Source of the DNA: Candidatus Nomurabacteria bacterium
GTDB taxonomy: Bacteria; Patescibacteriota; Minisyncoccia; Phycocordibacterales; UBA5272
Length of the DNA stretch: 64,000 nucleotides
Assembly: GCA_029288775.1 (NCBI GenBank)
Contig: JARIGQ010000004.1
Span: 67,303-131,302, forward strand
Reading direction: 5' to 3'
Part shown: positions 9,668 to 18,047 of the stretch, piece by piece
Layout: every line of letters starts with the position of its first letter
Position numbering within the stretch: position 1 is the stretch's first letter
Notes under the pieces: generated by a model
What the model saw: the letters and a program-made list of their open reading frames with translations, nothing else
Databases searched by the model: none
What the model was told of the DNA's origin: nothing
Program-made: the position numbers and the translations under genes

Positions 9668-10174
9668 TCATAGAGGGTAGTGAATCCCTGCCAACCTGAA
9701 GCCGTCTTCTAGTTTGGCGAAGTGAAAGCGGTTGGGAAGGTGAGTTCCCCATCCGCTCCACCTTACCTTGCCTCGGTAACAGGCGGAAGGAAGGCGGATC
9801 TGGAGAGTGAACATCTCTCCGTAGCGGGTGCTATTGAGATTTTGGAGGAGAATTCTCTCCCATGTTGTGCAGTTGCGGATGAATGCACTAGCTTCTATCT
9901 CCTGCAGCTTTTTCTCTTTATTGTTGGTCTTCAGTGGAAAAAGGTCGCTGAGATGTTTCTTTTCAGCCATCACAGCAAGTGTTCCCTCGATCCATGGGTG
10001 GGCTCCCCCAATGTCTTTCCACGTTCTTTCGAAGCCATTCTGGTTCTTCAGCATGTCGCTCAGCATGGCCGCAAGGCCTTCGACTTCCATTTTAGCGTAG
10101 GGACGGGAGTCCATGACAGTTTCTTTCAAGAACAATGTTGGCGTAATAATGTAATATTTGGTCTTAAAAGTCAA
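9668..10174 (-). CDS. Hypothetical protein, higher GC. The track start is a TTG; the true start may be an internal ATG near 10114 or 10090.
   Basis: Long ORF with coding-like composition; no recognisable domain. Confidence 0.45.
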   Translation of the reverse strand: MTFKTKYYIITPTLFLKETVMDSRPYAKMEVEGLAAMLSDMLKNQNGFERTWKDIGGAHPWIEGTLAVMAEKKHLSDLFPLKTNNKEKKLQEIEASAFIRNCTTWERILLQNLNSTRYGEMFTLQIRLPSACYRGKVRWSGWGTHLPNRFHFAKLEDGFRLAGIHYPL

Positions 10175-10196
10175 TCAATACGTACGGCTTTGAAAG

Positions 10197-10205
10197 TGCT
10201 AGAAT
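10197..10205 (+). promoter_or_regulatory. Extended -10 TGcTAGAAT, 6 nt before the mreB paralog 2 ATG; predicted leaderless
   Basis: TGnTAGAAT. Confidence 0.45.
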
Positions 10206-10211
10206 AGGTGC

Positions 10212-11261
10212 ATGTTCGAGCGCCTCTATCGCCAATTTTCCAACGATATCGGGATTGATCTTGGTACCGCAAATACACTCGTCTATCTCCGCGGACGAGG
10301 TATTGTCATCAATGAGCCCTCCGTTGTTGCACTTAATCAAAAAACCTCGCGTGTGGTAGCTGTTGGTGCCGAAGCTAAAGATATGATGGGGCGCACCCCA
10401 TCTCACATTCGCATTGTGCGACCGCTTGTGGATGGTGTGATTTCTGATTATGAGGTAACCGAAGAAATGCTGGCGTATCTTATTAATAAAGCCAACGAGG
10501 TAGATAAAAAACTTTTTCGTCCGCGAGTTGTAGTGGGTATCCCCGTCGGGATTACCAACGTTGAAATGCGCGCAGTGTACGACGCTGCAAAGTCAGCAGG
10601 TGCTCGCGAGGTCTATATTGTCGAAGAGCCGATGGCTGCAGCAATCGGTGTGCATATGCCCATTCATGAGCCTGTAGGAAGCATGATTGTCGATATTGGC
10701 GGCGGAACTACCGACATTGCGGTAATTGCTCTTGGTGGCGTGGTGCGCTCGAAGTCGCTTAAAGTTGCGGGTGATAAGTTAACGCAAGATATCATCAGTT
10801 ACATGCGTGATGAGTTCAAAATGCTTATCGGAGAAAAAACTGCAGAACATATCAAAATGACTATTGGAAGTGCGCTTCCAGACGATGAAGGGGAAGAGCT
10901 TTCTGTAAAAGGGCGTGATTTGGTAACCGGGCTTCCACGAGAAGCTATTATTACCGATGTTGATATTCGAGAGGCTATGTATGCTTCCATAGCTCAACTT
11001 GTAGAAGCTATTCGTGAAGTTCTGGAAACGACACCTCCGGAGGTGCTTGCTGATATTATGCATAAAGGTATGACTATTTCCGGAGGGGGTGCGCTTATCA
11101 GGAATCTTCCTAAGCTTTTGGAGATGCAACTTAAGGTTCCTGTAAGTGTCGCTGATGATCCACTCACTGCTGTTGCGCGAGGTACGGGAGTTATACTAGA
11201 ACATATCGATACGTACGAAGACGTTCTCGTTCAAAATACAGATGAAATATCGTTCCGGTAA
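10212..11261 (+). CDS. mreB: Rod-shape determining protein MreB (paralog 2)
   Basis: GIDLGTANTLVY and DIGGGTTD motifs. Confidence 0.9.
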   Translation: MFERLYRQFSNDIGIDLGTANTLVYLRGRGIVINEPSVVALNQKTSRVVAVGAEAKDMMGRTPSHIRIVRPLVDGVISDYEVTEEMLAYLINKANEVDKKLFRPRVVVGIPVGITNVEMRAVYDAAKSAGAREVYIVEEPMAAAIGVHMPIHEPVGSMIVDIGGGTTDIAVIALGGVVRSKSLKVAGDKLTQDIISYMRDEFKMLIGEKTAEHIKMTIGSALPDDEGEELSVKGRDLVTGLPREAIITDVDIREAMYASIAQLVEAIREVLETTPPEVLADIMHKGMTISGGGALIRNLPKLLEMQLKVPVSVADDPLTAVARGTGVILEHIDTYEDVLVQNTDEISFR

Positions 11262-12036
11262 AAGAAAAAATAATACATACGTCAATCTTTTTTTGGGTGG
11301 AATAGCATTTGTGCTATTTCTTTATTTCTGGACACCCTTTAAAGCATTTATTGCTCCTGTTACGGAACCTGTAATGCGGGTGTATCAGGCGTCAAAAATT
11401 GGGACATACATTGTGCCGCAATCAGTGCGAACGTATTTTTATTCTCGGCATGCGCTTGATCAGAAAGATCATGATTTGCAAGTGAATATAGAGCGACTCG
11501 AAAATGAGTTGGCTGAGCGCGATGCGCGCATACGAGAATTAGAGCTCACAAGTCAGGCTCTGCCTTCATCCAGTGTTCCTGTCATTGTTATGTATCCTAT
11601 TGCGGAAGATGTCACGAAAATCTATTCTACCGTTTTGCTTTCCAAAGGATATAAGGATGGTGTAGAAAAAGGCGGATTGGTATTTATACGAGGCATGCAA
11701 CCAGTGTGTGAAATTGTGGAAGTGCGCACGTCGACTTCTTTGTGTGAGCTTCTTTCAAAAAGCGGCAAAGTAATTGATGGTGTTACTGCCTCCTCCTCAA
11801 TACTTCTTTCGTTGCAGGGTGCGGGTGGAGGGAATTTTACCGCCGACCTTCCAAAAGGAACCGTAGTAACGGAAGGGGATACTATTTATTTGAGAAGCGA
11901 TGAATCCTATGTGTTGGGTACAGTAGTGTCTGTAGTGGAATCTGAGCAAGATACGGGGGCTAAGGTATATGTTCGGGGAACCTATAATCCGGTAACGTCC
12001 TCTATTTTTTATCTTAAAGCAAAACATGTCGATTAA
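11242..12036 (+). CDS. mreC: Rod-shape determining protein MreC
   Basis: N-terminal TM, coiled coil LENELAERDARIRELE, beta-rich C-terminal domains. Confidence 0.8.
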   Translation: MKYRSGKRKNNTYVNLFLGGIAFVLFLYFWTPFKAFIAPVTEPVMRVYQASKIGTYIVPQSVRTYFYSRHALDQKDHDLQVNIERLENELAERDARIRELELTSQALPSSSVPVIVMYPIAEDVTKIYSTVLLSKGYKDGVEKGGLVFIRGMQPVCEIVEVRTSTSLCELLSKSGKVIDGVTASSSILLSLQGAGGGNFTADLPKGTVVTEGDTIYLRSDESYVLGTVVSVVESEQDTGAKVYVRGTYNPVTSSIFYLKAKHVD

Positions 12037-12184
12037 AACCATTATTTTTGCACTTCTTATTCTATTTGCAGCGCTTATTGATGCGACGCTTGGGACTGCT
12101 TCGAAGCCGATTCTGCTGATTATTGTCTGTGCTATTATTGCCTTATATGAATTTGTTTCGCCATACGTCTACACGCCGAGCTAG
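12026..12184 (+). CDS. Candidate minimal MreD-like membrane micropeptide (52 aa) in the mreD position
   Basis: MSIKTIIFALLILFAALIDATLGTASKPILLIIVCAIIALYEFVSPYVYTPS; ATG overlaps the mreC stop; overlaps the annotated PBP2 start. Confidence 0.3.
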   Translation: MSIKTIIFALLILFAALIDATLGTASKPILLIIVCAIIALYEFVSPYVYTPS

Positions 12185-13847
12185 AAAAGCGGCATCGCAC
12201 GAAATTTCTCCCGAAGACGTATTTTTGGATTCACAAAACGTCTCTAAGCTTGATCTTAATCAAATGGAAGGACACTTGGAGCGCCCCCTCGGTAAGCACG
12301 TTTTTTATCTTTCTATCGGTATTGTTCTTTTTTTTGTTCTCGGTTTTACGGCGCGGCTGTTTGGTATGCAAATCGTGCAAGGCGCGCAATATGCTGAGAA
12401 AGCAAATAGGAATCACTTGAAATCTACTCCCATTTTTGCCCTTCGTGGCACAATTGCTGATCGTACGGGAAAGCTTTTGGCGTGGAACACTACAGGCACA
12501 ACTACGCTTAATGAAGTGCCTAAGCGGGTATATACAGAGATTCCAGGGTTTGCTCATATTCTGGGCTATGTGAGTTATCCGAAAAAAGATTCGTCGGGTG
12601 TATTTTGGCAACAAGAATATATTGGAAAAGACGGGGTGGAAAAACAGTATCAGGATTTGCTTCAAGGGGTGCCCGGCGAACAGGTGGTAGGCGTTAATGC
12701 TCAAGGAGATGTGGAAGCTTCGAATGTGACGATAGACCCAACCAATGGGGATAATCTCCGTCTCACTATTGATGCCGGGGTGCAAGAGAAATTGTACGAA
12801 AGTATAAAATCCTTGGCTGATGGGTATGGATATGTCGCAGGTTCGGGTGTCATTATGGACGTACATACAGGTGAAGTTTTGGCGCTTACCAATTATCCGC
12901 AATATGATAATAATCTTTTAACCAATGCCTCATCGTCGGCAGAAAAGGCTCAAGTTGCGTCGGACTTAAACGATAGCCGGCATAAGTTCCTCAATCGGGC
13001 AGTGGCAGGTCTCTTTACTCCAGGTTCTACAGTAAAGCCTTTTATGGGATTGGCTGCGCTTATGGAAGGTGTCATTACGCCTGAGAAGCAGATTCTCTCT
13101 ACCGGGGCGCTTGTGATAAAAAATAAATATGGAGGTCCGGATTCGGTATTTAAGGATTGGAAAGCTCACGGCTGGACAGACTTGCGAAAGGCGCTCGCGG
13201 AATCTTCTGATGAGTACTTTTACCAAGTAGGCGGAGGCTATATGGATCAGAAAGGACTAGGAATCGCCAAAATTGATCAATACGCACGGATGTTTGGTTT
13301 CGCCACCACCACTGGCATTGATCTCCCTGGAGAGCAGTACGGCACCATCCCCACACCAGAATGGAAAGAAAAGATCTTCAATGAGAGTTGGCTTTTGGGC
13401 GACACGTACCATACGGCTATTGGGCAGTATGGATTTCAATTAACGCCTATTGAACTTGCTCGAGCGGATGCGGCGCTTGTAAATGGTGGCAAGCTTGTTA
13501 CGCCTCATGTATTGCTCGGTCTTCCTCCAGAGTCAACTTCGCTTGCTCTTCCTGAAAAGGATCTTCAAGTGATACGGGAAGGAATGCGCCAAGGTGTAAC
13601 GCAAGGAATTGGTGGGGCACTTAATATTTCTGGTGTGGAGGTTGCATCCAAGTCTGGTACCGCAGAACTTGGTGTAAAAAAGGATATGATTAATTCGTGG
13701 ATTACCGGCTTTTTCCCATATGACCATCCCCGCTATGTCTTTGTGGTCATGATGGAAAAGGGGTCCATTCACAATACGCATGGAGCGATTTTTGCGGCTC
13801 GTGAAGTGATCGAATGGATGCGGGACAATACCGAATACACAAAATAG
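12123..13847 (+). CDS. mrdA: Penicillin-binding protein 2 (elongation transpeptidase); the start may be the ATG at 12147
   Basis: STVKP SxxK, SSD SxN region, KSGTA KTG-type motif; TM anchor. Confidence 0.85.
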   Translation: MSVLLLPYMNLFRHTSTRRARKAASHEISPEDVFLDSQNVSKLDLNQMEGHLERPLGKHVFYLSIGIVLFFVLGFTARLFGMQIVQGAQYAEKANRNHLKSTPIFALRGTIADRTGKLLAWNTTGTTTLNEVPKRVYTEIPGFAHILGYVSYPKKDSSGVFWQQEYIGKDGVEKQYQDLLQGVPGEQVVGVNAQGDVEASNVTIDPTNGDNLRLTIDAGVQEKLYESIKSLADGYGYVAGSGVIMDVHTGEVLALTNYPQYDNNLLTNASSSAEKAQVASDLNDSRHKFLNRAVAGLFTPGSTVKPFMGLAALMEGVITPEKQILSTGALVIKNKYGGPDSVFKDWKAHGWTDLRKALAESSDEYFYQVGGGYMDQKGLGIAKIDQYARMFGFATTTGIDLPGEQYGTIPTPEWKEKIFNESWLLGDTYHTAIGQYGFQLTPIELARADAALVNGGKLVTPHVLLGLPPESTSLALPEKDLQVIREGMRQGVTQGIGGALNISGVEVASKSGTAELGVKKDMINSWITGFFPYDHPRYVFVVMMEKGSIHNTHGAIFAAREVIEWMRDNTEYTK

Positions 13848-13873
13848 TAAGGGTCGACAAGCTCCCCTCTAAG

Positions 13874-13882
13874 TGGTAGAAT
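13874..13882 (+). promoter_or_regulatory. Extended -10 TGgTAGAAT upstream of greA
   Basis: TGnTAGAAT 15 nt before the ATG, no SD. Confidence 0.45.
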
Positions 13883-13897
13883 TGGAAAACTAAATAT

Positions 13898-14353
13898 ATG
13901 GAATATCTAACACCTGAAAAGAAGCTCGAGCTTGAAAACGAGCTCAATCAATTGAAAACGGTGCGTCGCAAGGAAATTGCAGATGCCCTTGAATATGCCA
14001 AGTCACTCGGTGACCTTTCCGAAAACGCGGAATACCACCAGGCTCGCGAAGATCAGGCAAACTGCGAAGACCGTATTGCTCACCTTGAGCAAATTCTTAA
14101 GAATGCAGTTGTGGCTGACAAGCATCACGCAAATACTGTAGAAGTAGGAACAACGGTAACAGTAGTAAAGAAAGGCGAAAAAGATGAGCGTCAGTTTACG
14201 CTTGTAGGGAGCGAAGAAGCAGATTCACTCGAGGGTAAGATCTCAAACGAATCACCACTTGGTGCTGCGCTTTTAGGTAAGGCTAAAGGGGATACGGTTA
14301 CATTTTCTACTCCAAAAGGAGAGACAAGTTATACCATCAAGAATATTGCATAA
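13898..14353 (+). CDS. greA: Transcription elongation factor GreA
   Basis: GDLSENAEYHQAREDQ motif. Confidence 0.92.
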   Translation: MEYLTPEKKLELENELNQLKTVRRKEIADALEYAKSLGDLSENAEYHQAREDQANCEDRIAHLEQILKNAVVADKHHANTVEVGTTVTVVKKGEKDERQFTLVGSEEADSLEGKISNESPLGAALLGKAKGDTVTFSTPKGETSYTIKNIA

Positions 14354-14354
14354 G

Positions 14355-14388
14355 GAAAAAGCCGCACCTAAGAGTGCGGCTTTTGCTT
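14355..14388. terminator. Intrinsic terminator after greA (bidirectional)
   Basis: GCCGCACCTAAGAGTGCGGC followed by TTTTG. Confidence 0.7.
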
Positions 14389-14404
14389 CGGTGTCTTCTA
14401 TTCT

Positions 14405-14701
14405 TTACTGCAGAACTTTCAGTGTTTGGAAATAGAAGACCGGTATCTCATGTTCGCCTTGGAACCATGTTGTACCTAGGCTGTCTTTGAGCGATCCCTC
14501 GAAAACGAGTTGCTTGAGGTTGAATACGTTTTGTTTGCGAGGGATCTCATGTCCGTGCTCGGCAGCCTTCCAACGTAGGACGATTTCGTGCTGAGGGTGT
14601 TGGCAGACCCTCAGATATCTCTCGCGAGGAATAGTTAGGTAACGGCGGGTGTCATGGATGATCCATGCGGTGCCACAGACGAAAGCGAAGAACAGGAACA
14701 T
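14405..14701 (-). CDS. Hypothetical small protein with N-terminal hydrophobic segment
   Basis: ORF only. Confidence 0.35.
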   Translation of the reverse strand: MFLFFAFVCGTAWIIHDTRRYLTIPRERYLRVCQHPQHEIVLRWKAAEHGHEIPRKQNVFNLKQLVFEGSLKDSLGTTWFQGEHEIPVFYFQTLKVLQ

Positions 14702-14763
14702 GTCATCTCCTTGAGGTTTATTTAAAGTTACTATTTATCATTAATCCTGTCAAAATGGCTCTA

Positions 14764-14772
14764 TGCTATAAT
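14764..14772 (+). promoter_or_regulatory. Extended -10 TGcTATAAT upstream of lysS
   Basis: Perfect TGnTATAAT 9 nt before the ATG. Confidence 0.5.
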
Positions 14773-14781
14773 TTCTATACT

Positions 14782-16236
14782 ATGGCATCAATTGACGAGC
14801 TCCGCGCCGAGCGCATGAAGAAATTGGAAGCACTTCAAGCTTCCGGACAAAATCCTTATCCAGCAATATCTCGTCGAACGCATGAATTAAGCGATGTGGT
14901 ACGCGGCTTTAAGACGCTTGAGAGCGAAGGTACGCAGGTGATTGTGTCTGGTCGCGTGATGGGCGCGCGTGGGCAGGGAGCGCTTATCTTTATTGATCTC
15001 TATGATGGAACGGCCAAGCTTCAGGCGGTCATCAAGCTTCCTGAATCAGGTGAAGAGGCACACGCATTTTTTAATGCCTATGTGGATGTGGGTGATTTCA
15101 TTGAAGTGACAGGAACACTTTTTACTACCAAATCAGGTCAGGAGAGTGTGCTTGTTACTGCTGTTTCTATGCTTTCTAAGGCGCTTCTTCCGCTTCCGGA
15201 CAAGTATCACGGCATTCAGGATGAGGAGCTTCGTTTACGCGAGCGTTACTTGGATATTCTCACCAATCCCGAACTTCGCGAAATGATTGAGAAAAAAGCA
15301 AAGTTTTGGGAAGTGGTACGCGAATTTTTGAAGGAAAAGAAATTCGTGGAAGTTGAAACGCCAACACTTGAAGTAACTACAGGCGGAGCAGAAGCACGTC
15401 CGTTCGCAACGCATCATCATGATTTCGATCTTGATGTGTTCATGCGCATCTCGGTAGGTGAATTATGGCAGAAGCGATTGATGGCGGCAGGATTTCCGCG
15501 TACGTATGAAATTGGACGTGTGTATCGTAATGAAGGATCCTCTCCAGAGCATGTGCAAGAATTTACGAATTGTGAATTTTACATGGCTTATGCGGATTAT
15601 GAGGAAGGAATGAAACTTGTCGAAGAGTTGTACAAGAAAATTGCTCTGGAAGTATTTGGTACTACTACATTTACCACCCGCGGGCATACGTTTGATCTTG
15701 CTAATGAATGGAAGCACATTGATTATCGAGATGAAGTTATGCGTCAGACGGGGATTGATATTACTTCGGCTACTCTTGAAGAGCTTAAGGCTAAAGCTGA
15801 CGAATTGCATATCAAATATGATGGAGTGAATGAAGAACGTCTGATCGACACGCTTTGGAAATACTGTCGCAAGAATATTGCAGGACCAGCATTCCTCATT
15901 AATCACCCTTTGCTTGTAGCGCCACTTGCTAAGAAAAATCCAGACGGAGTAACTGCACAGATTTTCCAACCTATACTTGCCGGATCAGAAATCGGTAAGG
16001 GGTATTCGGAGTTGAATGATCCACTTGATCAGCGGGTGCGCTTCGAGAAACAGCAGGAATTGCTTGCAGGAGGGGATGAAGAAGCAATGATGGCGGATGA
16101 TTCGTTTGTGGAAATGCTTGAGCATGGCATGCCACCGACGTGTGGATTTGGATTTGGGGAGCGATTATTCGCCTTTTTGGCTGATAAGCCGATACGCGAA
16201 GTGCACACGTTCCCATTGGTAAAACCTAAAGCGTAG
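14782..16236 (+). CDS. lysS: Lysyl-tRNA synthetase, class II
   Basis: OB-fold N-domain plus class II motifs; start chosen at MASIDEL. Confidence 0.92.
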   Translation: MASIDELRAERMKKLEALQASGQNPYPAISRRTHELSDVVRGFKTLESEGTQVIVSGRVMGARGQGALIFIDLYDGTAKLQAVIKLPESGEEAHAFFNAYVDVGDFIEVTGTLFTTKSGQESVLVTAVSMLSKALLPLPDKYHGIQDEELRLRERYLDILTNPELREMIEKKAKFWEVVREFLKEKKFVEVETPTLEVTTGGAEARPFATHHHDFDLDVFMRISVGELWQKRLMAAGFPRTYEIGRVYRNEGSSPEHVQEFTNCEFYMAYADYEEGMKLVEELYKKIALEVFGTTTFTTRGHTFDLANEWKHIDYRDEVMRQTGIDITSATLEELKAKADELHIKYDGVNEERLIDTLWKYCRKNIAGPAFLINHPLLVAPLAKKNPDGVTAQIFQPILAGSEIGKGYSELNDPLDQRVRFEKQQELLAGGDEEAMMADDSFVEMLEHGMPPTCGFGFGERLFAFLADKPIREVHTFPLVKPKA

Positions 16237-16246
16237 AGGGAGATTG

Positions 16247-16277
16247 GAAAAAGCCGCGCGGTTGCGCGGCTTTTTCC
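16247..16277. terminator. Intrinsic terminator after lysS
   Basis: GCCGCGCGGTTGCGCGGC followed by TTTTTCC. Confidence 0.7.
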
Positions 16278-16375
16278 TTTATCCACAGGTATTTTCTAGG
16301 TAATAAGAAGGGAAGTGGTGTAAAATGGGTGTTAGTGGGGGATTGTGGGAGATTCCTCGCGAACTTACGTTTTCC

Positions 16376-16810
16376 ATGCTGATTGGCCAATACACGCACG
16401 AACTTGATCCAAAGAAACGACTAACGCTGCCTGCAAAGTGGCGCAGTTCTTTGGGGAAAAAAGTGGTGGTGACCAATGGTTTGGATGGGTCACTCTTTAT
16501 CTTTTCAGAAAAGGAATGGATGAAAATTGCGGAAAAGCTTGCACAAAGTGGATTCGGTAATGCCGATTCGCGCAGCTTCAATCGCGTCATGCTTGCGCAT
16601 GCGTTTGAAACTGACATTGATGCAGCCGGCCGCATCCTTATTCCTGACACCTTGAAGGAGTCTGCAGGACTTACTGGAAAGGTGGTTCTTGCCGGCATGT
16701 ACTCACGCATTGAAATGTGGGATGAGACACGTTGGAAGGAATATGCCAAGAAAGCACTCGGTGAAGCCGATGCACTTGCTGGAAAGTTAAGCGATCTCGG
16801 TATGCTCTAG
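16376..16810 (+). CDS. mraZ: Transcriptional regulator MraZ
   Basis: MLIGQYTHELDPKKRLTLPAKWR duplicated MraZ fold; the N-terminal extension in the track is rejected. Confidence 0.85.
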   Translation: MLIGQYTHELDPKKRLTLPAKWRSSLGKKVVVTNGLDGSLFIFSEKEWMKIAEKLAQSGFGNADSRSFNRVMLAHAFETDIDAAGRILIPDTLKESAGLTGKVVLAGMYSRIEMWDETRWKEYAKKALGEADALAGKLSDLGML

Positions 16811-16822
16811 TGGCACTCGACC

Positions 16823-17716
16823 ATGTCACACATACCTGTACTTTTACATGAATCCATAGACGGACTCGCTATCAAGGAAGGAGGCACGTACGTTGATTGT
16901 ACAACCAATCGCGGCGGTCACAGCTTTGAAATTGCAAAACGTCTTGGAAAAAAAGGAACACTCGTTTGCATCGATCTCGATGACGAAGCACTTGCTGAAG
17001 CAAAAAAGGTACTAGACACTGTAGTGTCCGCTCCCACCATCCACTTCGCAAACTCCAATTTTCGTCATTTGGAATCCATCCTCTCTGGATTGGGTATTGA
17101 TCAGGTAGACGGAGTGCTCGCAGATTTAGGCCTTTCATCGCAGGAACTTGATTCCTCCGGAAGGGGATTCTCTTTCCGATTCGATGAGCCGCTCCTTATG
17201 ACTTTTCGTACGCTTCCTTCAGAAGAAGAAACAACAGCGTATGACATCGTCAATTTTTGGAGCGAGGCTACTATCGCCGATGTACTCTACGGTTTTGCCG
17301 ATGAAGTCTATGCTCGTCGGATTGCCCATAGAATTATCGAACGCCGAAAGGAGGCCGAAATCAAATCTACCCATGAATTGGTAGATATTATCGCTTCTGC
17401 TGTTCCTGCGGCGTATCGGCATCGCAAGACACACTTTGCCACGAAGACATTCCAAGCGCTTCGTATGGCGGTAAATGACGAACTTGGAAGCATACATGAA
17501 CTCTTGGCTTCGCTTCCGAAAGTTCTTCGTCAAGGAGGACGAGTCGTCTTTATTACCTTTCATTCCACTGAAGACCGTATCGTTAAGCAAGGATTGAGAA
17601 ATCTTTCCGACACCCTCAAGATTATTACCAAAAAAGCAATTGTTCCTTCCGAAGAAGAATTACACACCAACCCTCGTGCACGTAGCGCTCAAGCTCGCAT
17701 TGCCGAAAGAATATAA
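16823..17716 (+). CDS. rsmH: 16S rRNA m4C1402 methyltransferase RsmH (MraW)
   Basis: HIPVLL, DCTTNRGGHS, DLGLSS motifs. Confidence 0.92.
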   Translation: MSHIPVLLHESIDGLAIKEGGTYVDCTTNRGGHSFEIAKRLGKKGTLVCIDLDDEALAEAKKVLDTVVSAPTIHFANSNFRHLESILSGLGIDQVDGVLADLGLSSQELDSSGRGFSFRFDEPLLMTFRTLPSEEETTAYDIVNFWSEATIADVLYGFADEVYARRIAHRIIERRKEAEIKSTHELVDIIASAVPAAYRHRKTHFATKTFQALRMAVNDELGSIHELLASLPKVLRQGGRVVFITFHSTEDRIVKQGLRNLSDTLKIITKKAIVPSEEELHTNPRARSAQARIAERI

Positions 17717-17729
17717 ATCACCTGCACTC

Positions 17730-18047
17730 ATGTCACCACGCTATCAATCAGTCACACTTTATAGACGAACTATTCATACTATGTTTGGCACACTTGTCGT
17801 GCTCGCGCTCGTATATTGTGTTGTACTCCTGTCTCTTATTTTTTCCGTAATCGAGCGAAAGCAAAATATTGTCGCTTCTCGAGATCTTTCTTCCCAACTT
17901 TCTACCATTGAAGCCAGTTATGCCAATACCGTCGCAAGCATAAGCGATACAACTCTCGCAGAACATCAGTATACGCGCGTAGACAACGCTACATTTGCCG
18001 TCCGTAAAGATCCTATAGCAAGTTACGCGGTGCTCTATGCACGATAA
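17730..18047 (+). CDS. ftsL: FtsL-like small bitopic membrane protein (positional call between rsmH and ftsI)
   Basis: Single TM followed by a short periplasmic segment; position in the dcw cluster. Confidence 0.45.
   Translation: MSPRYQSVTLYRRTIHTMFGTLVVLALVYCVVLLSLIFSVIERKQNIVASRDLSSQLSTIEASYANTVASISDTTLAEHQYTRVDNATFAVRKDPIASYAVLYAR

Noticed and set aside
16325-16375. 17-aa N-terminal extension of MraZ (MGVSGGLWEIPRELTFS)
   Set aside because: Canonical MraZ proteins begin at the MLIGQY/MFxGxY position.
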